Source of the DNA: Candidatus Krumholzibacteriota bacterium
GTDB lineage: Bacteria; Krumholzibacteriota; Krumholzibacteriia; LZORAL124-64-63
Reading direction: 5' to 3'
NCBI GenBank assembly: GCA_039714075.1
Contig: JBDLKA010000052.1
Span: forward strand, 1-24,070
DNA length: 24,070 nt
A program made the translations under genes and the position numbers. The notes below the pieces were generated by a model. The model was given only the letters and a program-made list of their open reading frames with translations. It did not search any database and had not been told where the DNA came from. Below, one piece after another: positions 17,582 to 24,070 of this stretch (positions are counted from its first letter, which is position 1; each line of letters begins with the position of its first letter).

Positions 17582-19516
17582 ATGTCGCACCAGGGTCTTG
17601 GCCGCAAGGCCGGCTTGCTCACACTTCTGGCCTCGTTGACCTGCCTGCTGTTGGCCGTTCCCGTTTTGGCCGGTTATGAACCTGATCCTTCCGCATCCCG
17701 CACGTCCGTTCCCGAAGATTACCAGTGGAATCCCCGGCACATCTTCGAGAACCAGGAAGCCTGGCAGGCCGAGTTGGACGCCATCGGCGCGGACATTCCC
17801 AAGCTCATGGACTTCCAGGGCCGTCTCGGTGAATCCGCCGCCATCCTGCTGGACGCCAACAACGCGACCCACGACATGATGATCCGGCTCTACAAGCTCT
17901 ACGTCTACGCCCAGACCCTCTACGACGTGGACCAGGGCAACAACGACCACCGGCAGATGCAGGGCCAGGTGGCGGCGCTGTTTCCCTCCTTCGGCGAAGC
18001 CACCAGCTGGATGGAGCCCGAGCTGCTGGAAATCGACCCCGGGGTCATCAAGAACTTCATGGCCGAGGAAAAGGAACTGGCCGTCTACAACTACTATTTT
18101 TCCGAACTGTGGCGGCAGCAGGAATACACCCTCAGCAGTCCCGAAGAGCGTTTGATGGCCCTGACCGGCAACATGCGCTCGGTGCCCAGCGACGCCCACG
18201 AGGCTCTGCTGGGAGTCGACATGGAGTTCCCCGACATCATCGACGGCGAGGGCAACCCCGTTCCGATGACCGTCAGTGGTTTTTCCGGACTGCGTTCCGA
18301 TGATTCCTACGCTGTGCGGAAACAGGCCCGGGACGCCTTTTTCGGAACCCTGCGGGGCTATGAAAACACCTTTGCCGTCCTGCTCGACGGCGCGGTCAAG
18401 TCGCACATCATGTCCAAGGACGCCCGCGGCTACGACAACTGCCTCGAGGCTTCCATGTCACCGGACAACATCTCCACCGCTGCCTACCGGATGCTGATCG
18501 ACACCGTGCGTGAAAACCTGCCCCGGACCATGCACAAATACGTCGACCTGCGTCGGAAAGTCATGGGCCTTGAGGGACCGCTGACCTTCCCCAACCTCTA
18601 CAACGCCATGATCGAGGGCGTGGAGCCCAATTATTCCTACGCGGATGCACAGGATGTCATAACCAAGGGTTTGAAACCCCTGGGTAAGGAATACGTGGGC
18701 CTGCTGGCCGAGGGCATGGATCCGAACAGCGGGTGGATCGACATCTACCCCAACGAGGACAAGCGCAGCGGCGCCTACAGCAACGGCGTCCTGGCCAAGG
18801 ATATCCACCCCTACGTGCTGCACAACTTCGACAACACGCTGGACGCCGTCTCCACCACGGCCCACGAGATGGGCCACGCCCTGCATTCGGTCTACAGCAG
18901 CCGGAACCAGCCGACCATCTACGCCGGGTACACGACCTTCCTGGCCGAGATCGCCTCGACCTGCAACGAAGCCCTGCTGACGAACTACATGCTGGCCAAG
19001 GCCGACGACGTGGACGTCAAGCTGATGCTTCTGAACCAGCGTCTGGAATCGATCCGGCTGACCATTTTCCGGCAGACCCTGTTCGCCGATTTCGAGCTGC
19101 GGTTCCATGAACACGCCGAAGCCGGCAACCCCCTGACGGCCCAATTCCTGAACACCCTGTACGCCGACATGGTCAAGGAATACTACGGTCCCGGGTTCGA
19201 AATGGGTCCGGACGACGAATGCGAGTGGATGTTCATCCCCCACTTCTACTACAACTTCTACGTGTTCACCTACGCCACGGGGTTGACCAGCGGCCTGGCC
19301 CTGGCGGACGAGATTTCCGCCAAGGGCGAACCCGCGGCCCAGCGGTACATCGACAACATGCTGAAGGCCGGTTCGAGCGCGCCCCCGCTGGAGATCCTCC
19401 GCAACGCGGGTGTCGATCTCGAAACGCCCGCGCCCATCGTCAGCGCCATGAAGATGTTCGAGGAAACCGTCGAGGAATTCGATCGTCTGTGGACCAAGAA
19501 GTACGGCAAGATGTAG
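17582..19516 (+). CDS. pepF: Oligoendopeptidase F (peptidase M3B) with signal peptide
   Basis: GGAGGT RBS. YQWNPRHIF, WIDIYPNEDKRSGAYS, HEMGH zinc motif, AEIAST, FRQTLFADFE, WMFIPHFYYNFYVFTYATG, AGVDL. Confidence 0.95.
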   Translation: MSHQGLGRKAGLLTLLASLTCLLLAVPVLAGYEPDPSASRTSVPEDYQWNPRHIFENQEAWQAELDAIGADIPKLMDFQGRLGESAAILLDANNATHDMMIRLYKLYVYAQTLYDVDQGNNDHRQMQGQVAALFPSFGEATSWMEPELLEIDPGVIKNFMAEEKELAVYNYYFSELWRQQEYTLSSPEERLMALTGNMRSVPSDAHEALLGVDMEFPDIIDGEGNPVPMTVSGFSGLRSDDSYAVRKQARDAFFGTLRGYENTFAVLLDGAVKSHIMSKDARGYDNCLEASMSPDNISTAAYRMLIDTVRENLPRTMHKYVDLRRKVMGLEGPLTFPNLYNAMIEGVEPNYSYADAQDVITKGLKPLGKEYVGLLAEGMDPNSGWIDIYPNEDKRSGAYSNGVLAKDIHPYVLHNFDNTLDAVSTTAHEMGHALHSVYSSRNQPTIYAGYTTFLAEIASTCNEALLTNYMLAKADDVDVKLMLLNQRLESIRLTIFRQTLFADFELRFHEHAEAGNPLTAQFLNTLYADMVKEYYGPGFEMGPDDECEWMFIPHFYYNFYVFTYATGLTSGLALADEISAKGEPAAQRYIDNMLKAGSSAPPLEILRNAGVDLETPAPIVSAMKMFEETVEEFDRLWTKKYGKM

Positions 19517-19538
19517 AAAAGGGCCTCGGCCCCAATCG

Positions 19539-19574
19539 AAACGGCGCCGGGTTTTTGCCCGGCGCCGTTTTTTT
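19539..19574 (+). terminator. Intrinsic terminator after pepF
   Basis: AAACGGCGCCGGG-TTTTTG-CCCGGCGCCGTTT 13-bp stem plus T tract. Confidence 0.9.
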
Positions 19575-19685
19575 GAATATTAGAGACCTCCAAATGCAGA
19601 ATTCCTCACTTTATGGTATTCTCCAATGGTGCTTGGCCGTCCTAACATCGTTGCGGGCCGCTTCGCTTATGGTAAGGGGTTATCT

Positions 19686-22049
19686 GTGATCCTGTATGTG
19701 AAACGTCATTTATTTTTTTCCTGTTTCGCTTTGCTCATTGCGGTTTTCACATGTTCCGTCATTGGAACGGCCGCTCCTTTCGATGAATTCTGGTCCGATA
19801 AATACAACTCACCTGGAGTCAACGGTACCGTGAAAGGACTGACGCCACTGAACGGAGGCGTCTTCGTGTGCGGCAGTTTCTACGGGATTGGAAACACAAA
19901 TGTGCACGGCATCGGGCTGCTGACCCGGGACGGTGACAATTACCAGATCACCCCTTATGGCGACAGCCTCTTCTACGCCACCGGAACGGTTGTCGAATAC
20001 GACCGGAAATTCACGGTCGCCGGTGGCGAGTATGACAGTAACGGTGAGAAGGTGTATGGAGTATTTCAATGGAGCGGCGGAAACTGGAACCGTCTGGGTC
20101 GGTTTCCTCGATATTGCTACGATCTGGCTGTCTACGATGAGCAACTCTACTCCACCGGCGGTGTCTGGGACGGCACCCTCTGGCAGGTGCCGTACCTCAC
20201 GGACGGCTACATATTCCAAGTGGTTGTCCACGACGGGTTGCTCTATTGCGCCGGTCAGTTCAACACTGTCAACGGGGACTCGATCTCGAACATCTTTGCC
20301 TGGGACGGTAGTCAGGTTCTTCCACTCGAAGAGGGGTTCCCGTACACCATCAGATCCATGATCGTCCAGGGCGGGGGCGTCGTTGTTCAAGGCAGCTATG
20401 GGATGAACGGTGGGTTGATCCGTCGATGGGACGGCACATCATGGACAACTCTGCTTGACGGTGGTCGAACAGCTGAAGCGGTCGGGGTTTTAGGCGGTGA
20501 TCTGGTTGCGGGGACTTATTGGCAGGAAACACCGGGCATGAGTACGGTCAGTCACCCCGAACTCATGCATTTCAATAACGGTGTGTGGACCAAACTCGGG
20601 GAGGTCGATGCCCGTCATATGGTCAACTTTGGCGGTTCCATGTATATCGGGCACCGGAGCGATATTGTCGCAGGCACCGCCTCCCCAGGGTTGGCCGTTT
20701 ATGAGGACAGCACCTTCACGGCCCCCATCCCCGACGGCTGGGGATTTGACTACAACGTTCATGACTTGACGTTGCTGGACAATCGGATTGTCGTCGCCGG
20801 ACATTACCACTATGGAGGCGGGATCGCCGATGATGATTGTTTCATCGAGGAGGCGACGGGTGGCGGTTGGACACCACTGAACAATGTCAACCTGACTTCA
20901 ATGTTTGGCTTCCTCGGTTTCAGAAGTGTGGCGGCTGCAGGTTCGGAATTGTTCGGGATCTACGCGATCGACGCCGACGACTATGCCATACCGGTTCTGG
21001 TGAAGTTGGACCAAAGCAACCCTAACAACCAGGTCTGGAACCGCTTGGGCACCTCATGGGTCGCGTACGATGACAAACTTATTGCCGTGGGGAGCGAACT
21101 CTACGTTTTGCGCATTTATGATCATGGTGGCTTTTATTGGATTGACCAGACTGATGGCGAGTTTTACAACACCGGAGATCTGAACGTAAACGGATACGTC
21201 AAAAGTGCCTGCGATCTTGATGGGCAGGCCGTCATCGCCGGCGACTGGACAACGCAGAACGGTGCCCCTGCCACGAGCGTACTCATTCTTGACGGGGAGA
21301 CCTGGCATGATTTCGGACCAGCACCTCCTGAGGGCGTCCGGGTCGTCGCACCGGCCGGACCGGGGGCCCTCGCGGTTGCCTTCAACATCGGCGAGGGAGA
21401 CCAGATAGCGATTTCGGACGGTGGACCTTGGCAGACACTTAACGGCCTCTTCAACGCCAGGGTTGATGCCCTGGTCTTTCATCAAGAGCGGCTGGCTGTG
21501 GCCGGTAATTTCCTAAAGGTCGATACTACTGACGTGCCGGGCATCGCGGTTTGGACCGGTTCCTCCTGGGCTCCCGTGGGATCGGGACTCAAGGCGTTTC
21601 CGTCCTCCCATTACGGAATAAAGGATATGATCTCCACCGACCACGGGTTGTTCATTGCGGGGTACATGAATTCTTCAGGCGGCCGCAACACAAAGGGCCT
21701 CGCCGTCTGGTCCGGCGACCTCCGGCAAATCCCTGACAACCTCTCACCCGTTCCCGACGATCAATGGATTCCGTCACCCTCACCCCTTCAGGCTGTTCCC
21801 AACCCATTCAACCCGCGAACCGTGATTACCTGGGAGATGCCGCGCCGCGAATTTGCAACACTGGATATTCTGGATGTCCGTGGTCGCCTGGTCCGCACTA
21901 TTTGGTCGGACGAGGTAGGCCCAGGTCCAGCGCGGGTGGCGTGGGATGGACGCGATACCGGGGGCAGGAACGCCCCCTCGGGAATCTACTTCGCACAGTT
22001 GAATTGGGCCGGCCAATCCTCGTCCCGTAAATTGACCCTGATCAGGTGA
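19686..22049 (+). CDS. Secreted repeat beta-propeller protein with C-terminal FlgD-Ig / T9SS-CTD-like domain
   Basis: Probable GTG start 19686 after AAGGGG, then a signal peptide. Repeated WDGxxW-type blades. C-terminus PNPFNPRTVITW...DVRGRLVRTI...WDGRDTGG...SGIYF...KLTLIR. Confidence 0.85.
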   Translation: MILYVKRHLFFSCFALLIAVFTCSVIGTAAPFDEFWSDKYNSPGVNGTVKGLTPLNGGVFVCGSFYGIGNTNVHGIGLLTRDGDNYQITPYGDSLFYATGTVVEYDRKFTVAGGEYDSNGEKVYGVFQWSGGNWNRLGRFPRYCYDLAVYDEQLYSTGGVWDGTLWQVPYLTDGYIFQVVVHDGLLYCAGQFNTVNGDSISNIFAWDGSQVLPLEEGFPYTIRSMIVQGGGVVVQGSYGMNGGLIRRWDGTSWTTLLDGGRTAEAVGVLGGDLVAGTYWQETPGMSTVSHPELMHFNNGVWTKLGEVDARHMVNFGGSMYIGHRSDIVAGTASPGLAVYEDSTFTAPIPDGWGFDYNVHDLTLLDNRIVVAGHYHYGGGIADDDCFIEEATGGGWTPLNNVNLTSMFGFLGFRSVAAAGSELFGIYAIDADDYAIPVLVKLDQSNPNNQVWNRLGTSWVAYDDKLIAVGSELYVLRIYDHGGFYWIDQTDGEFYNTGDLNVNGYVKSACDLDGQAVIAGDWTTQNGAPATSVLILDGETWHDFGPAPPEGVRVVAPAGPGALAVAFNIGEGDQIAISDGGPWQTLNGLFNARVDALVFHQERLAVAGNFLKVDTTDVPGIAVWTGSSWAPVGSGLKAFPSSHYGIKDMISTDHGLFIAGYMNSSGGRNTKGLAVWSGDLRQIPDNLSPVPDDQWIPSPSPLQAVPNPFNPRTVITWEMPRREFATLDILDVRGRLVRTIWSDEVGPGPARVAWDGRDTGGRNAPSGIYFAQLNWAGQSSSRKLTLIR

Positions 22050-22090
22050 GTCCTGACCAGGTCCACATTGAACAAATCCAGCTCATTTAC

Positions 22091-22122
22091 AAAAAAGACC
22101 CCCTCGAAATGAGGGAGTCTTT
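22091..22122 (-). terminator. Intrinsic terminator of the tRNA-Lys transcript
   Basis: Minus-strand RNA AAAGACUCCCUC-AUUUC-GAGGGGGUCUUUUUU. The stem pairs fully (one G-U) only on the minus strand and begins just 3' of the tRNA CCA. Confidence 0.8.
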
Positions 22123-22128
22123 ATTAAG

Positions 22129-22204
22129 TGGTAGGCCACCCAGGACTCGAACCTGGCACAACCTCCTTAAAAGGGAGATGCTCTACCTGATGAGCTAGTG
22201 GCCC
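22129..22204 (-). tRNA. tRNA-Lys(UUU)
   Basis: 76-nt cloverleaf GGGCCAC TA GCTC ATCAGGTA GAGC A TCTCC CTTTTAA GGAGG TTGTG CCAGG TTCGAGT CCTGG GTGGCCT A CCA. Anticodon TTT, encoded CCA. Confidence 0.97.
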
Positions 22205-22237
22205 ACCCGAATCGGGCGCTTATAACCGCGGGTCCGC

Positions 22238-22266
22238 AATATAAATTACACCCCCGCCGGTGTCAA
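22238..22266 (-). promoter_or_regulatory. Sigma70-type promoter for tRNA-Lys
   Basis: Minus strand TTGACA (22266-22261), 17-nt spacer, TATATT (22243-22238), then GC-rich discriminator GCGGACCC typical of stable-RNA promoters. Confidence 0.85.
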
Positions 22267-22290
22267 AGGATTCGGGGATTTCGACATGTA

Positions 22291-23586
22291 TCAGGTAGTT
22301 ACACCCGTTTCCGTCCAGATCATCTGCTCCCGGTCCCGGCCCACGCTCACCCCGACGATCAGGGTGCCGAGTTCCTTCTCCAGGAACTCCAGGTACTTGC
22401 GGGCGGCGGCGGGAAGATCGACCAGTTTCCGGCAATCGACGGTGGGTTTTTCCCAGCCCGCGAATTCCTGATAGACGGGACGGCAGCGGGGCAGCACATC
22501 GCTGAGCACCGGGTACGTCGTGATCCTCTCGTCGTCCAGTTCATAGGACGTGGCGATCTGGATGGCGGGCATGTCGTCCAGGACATCCAGCTTGGTGATG
22601 ATCACCCCGGTCATGCCGTTGACATCGACGGCGTACCGCCCGGACACCAGATCGAACCAGCCGCACCTGCGGGCCCGACCGGTGGTGGCGCCGTATTCGC
22701 CGCCCGCGTCCCGCAGGGCGTCACCCTTCTCACCCAGAAGTTCGCTGGGGAAGGGCCCGTTGCCGACGCGCGTGCAGTAGGCCTTGAAGATGCCGTTGAT
22801 GTCGCCGAGCGCCCGAGGCGGCAAACCCGTTCCGGTCAGCGCACCGCCGATGGTGCTGTTGCTGCTGGTAACGTAGGGAAAGGTCCCGTGATCGATGTCC
22901 AGCATGGTGCCCTGGGCCCCTTCGAACAGGGCGGTTTCGGTGCCCTCCCGGACCGGACGCAGCACGTCGTAGGGATTGACGACCATGGGGGCGACAAACT
23001 GGGCCAGCACCACGAGTTCCTCGGCCAGGACCCGCGCGGGCAATGGTTCGGCGTCGTAGAATTCGCTCAGGATCTCGTTGGCCGAAAGGATTTTCTCGAT
23101 GGCCTTGCGTTCCAGGTTTTCGGCCGGCAGCAGGAGATCCCCCATGCGCAGCCCCGTGCGCTGGATCTTGTCCAGATAGGCGGGTCCGATGCCGCGCCCG
23201 GTGGTCCCGATACTCTTGCGCTTCAACCGCGTTTCCCGCAGTTCATCCAGCCGCATGTGGTAGGGCATCAACAAGGTGGCCGTCGCCGAAACGTGCAGAC
23301 GTTCCCGCACCTGGTGGCCCTTCTGCTCGAGGGCCAGGATTTCATCCCGCAAACTCCAGGGGTCGATCACCATGCCCCCGCCCAGCAGGCAGCGGACACC
23401 CTCGTGGAGGATCCCGGAGGGGATGAGGTGCAGCACATGCTTGTCCTGCCCGATGTGGATGGTGTGCCCCGCATTGGCCCCGCCCTGGTAGCGGAGGACC
23501 CAGTCGACATCACGGCTCAGGGCATCGACGATCTTGCCTTTGCCTTCGTCGCCCCACTGCCCCCCGATGATTACCCGGTTTTCCAC
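22291..23586 (-). CDS. purA: Adenylosuccinate synthetase
   Basis: Likely GTG start 23586 after GGAG. GGQWGDEGKGKIVD, QGGANAGHT, IGTTGRGIGPAY, EGAQG...DIDHGTFPYVTSS, EYGATTGRARRCGWFD, TKLDVLD. Confidence 0.97.
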   Translation of the reverse strand: MENRVIIGGQWGDEGKGKIVDALSRDVDWVLRYQGGANAGHTIHIGQDKHVLHLIPSGILHEGVRCLLGGGMVIDPWSLRDEILALEQKGHQVRERLHVSATATLLMPYHMRLDELRETRLKRKSIGTTGRGIGPAYLDKIQRTGLRMGDLLLPAENLERKAIEKILSANEILSEFYDAEPLPARVLAEELVVLAQFVAPMVVNPYDVLRPVREGTETALFEGAQGTMLDIDHGTFPYVTSSNSTIGGALTGTGLPPRALGDINGIFKAYCTRVGNGPFPSELLGEKGDALRDAGGEYGATTGRARRCGWFDLVSGRYAVDVNGMTGVIITKLDVLDDMPAIQIATSYELDDERITTYPVLSDVLPRCRPVYQEFAGWEKPTVDCRKLVDLPAAARKYLEFLEKELGTLIVGVSVGRDREQMIWTETGVTT

Positions 23587-23599
23587 AGTCAAACTCCAT

Positions 23600-23696
23600 G
23601 GTTCGGCCAAACGGTTCGGCCAAAAAGTTCGGCGGCAACAGCCGGCGGGCGGACCAAGCCGCTCAGAACAATTCACCAAAAGAACAATTCACCAAA
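23600..23696. repeat. Two short tandem direct-repeat blocks upstream of purA
   Basis: GGTTCGGCCAAA at 23600 and 23613 plus a partial copy at 23627 (period 13). AGAACAATTCACCAAA at 23665 and 23681 (period 16). Confidence 0.85.
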
Positions 23697-23720
23697 AAAA
23701 AACCCGCACTTCAGGTCGGG
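23694..23720 (-). terminator. Probable intrinsic terminator between the CxxCH gene and purA
   Basis: Minus-strand RNA CCCG-AC-CUGAA-GU-G-CGGG followed by U9. The stem is short and bulged. Confidence 0.55.
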
Positions 23721-23745
23721 CTACCCGGAAAGTATCGCCCTGTTG

Positions 23746-24070
23746 TCAGCGCCCGTCAAACATAGCTTTCAGGGCACCCCAGGTTTTTTCGTCGACCAGG
23801 GAGCCCGAACCGCATTCATCCGAAACACCGGGATTGCCGGCCTGCCGGTCCACATTGCCGTCCGGCTCGCCATCCCCGTCGCTGTCGCCGACCTCCACTC
23901 CGTTGAGACAACCGTCCCCGTCGGAATCCAGGTTGGCCAGAGTCGAGTCCCACAGGCGCCCGTTGGCCAGATAATCGACTCCGAAAGGATTCAGGGTGAA
24001 ATCGGAAGCGGTAGGTTGCTCCGAAACATGACAGCTGTGGCACAGGTTGGGCACCGCCACCGGCAGACGC
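23746..24070 (-). CDS. Small CxxCH / temptin-like DSDGDG-repeat protein with C-terminal TWGxxK motif (partial, start beyond window)
   Basis: Frame is open to the edge: ...RLPVAVPNLCHSCH...LNPFGVDYLANGRLWDSTLANLDSDGDGCLNGVEVGDSDGDG...GNPG...VDEKTWGALKAMFDGR*. Confidence 0.75.
   Translation of the reverse strand, partial: RLPVAVPNLCHSCHVSEQPTASDFTLNPFGVDYLANGRLWDSTLANLDSDGDGCLNGVEVGDSDGDGEPDGNVDRQAGNPGVSDECGSGSLVDEKTWGALKAMFDGR

Noticed and set aside
13945..18406. Long ORFs 13945-16125 (+) and 16187-18406 (-), like 2618-4249 and 4265-5671
   Set aside because: Stop-poor antisense frames of well-supported genes in GC-rich DNA, with no recognisable motifs.
19517..22204. Integrative element with att sites at tRNA-Lys
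   Set aside because: No duplicated tRNA 3' end and no integrase or transposase seen.
23587..23679. N-terminal extension of purA in the ORF track
   Set aside because: PurA homology begins at the GTG at 23586, which has a GGAG SD; the extension runs through intergenic repeats.
23600..23700. CRISPR-like array
   Set aside because: Repeats are 12-16 bp, directly tandem without unique spacers, and there are no cas genes.

Overview
GC-rich bacterial chromosomal segment, mostly housekeeping and envelope genes. A FlgD-Ig/T9SS-like C-terminal domain and a C-terminal TWGxxK motif suggest an FCB-group candidate phylum such as Krumholzibacteriota, Latescibacterota or Eisenbacteria (inference). In order: a minus-strand moxR-DUF58-hypothetical-batA-batB/C fusion operon running off the left edge; two tandem DUF507-like genes and a GT4 glycosyltransferase; a minus-strand cluster of exported TPR protein, lipid-anchored TonB-C protein, TolB-like propeller lipoprotein and class II aldolase; a four-domain S1 protein behind a structured leader; nadA-iscS; three exported proteins (propeller lipoprotein, signal-peptide PepF, propeller plus FlgD-Ig); tRNA-Lys(UUU) with promoter and terminator; purA; and the 3' part of a small CxxCH/temptin-like protein. 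I saw no CRISPR array, integrase, transposase or recognisable defence system. Best novelty candidates: the TPR/TonB-C/TolB-like envelope module, the temptin-like protein and its TWGxxK tail, and the two-register S1 leader.
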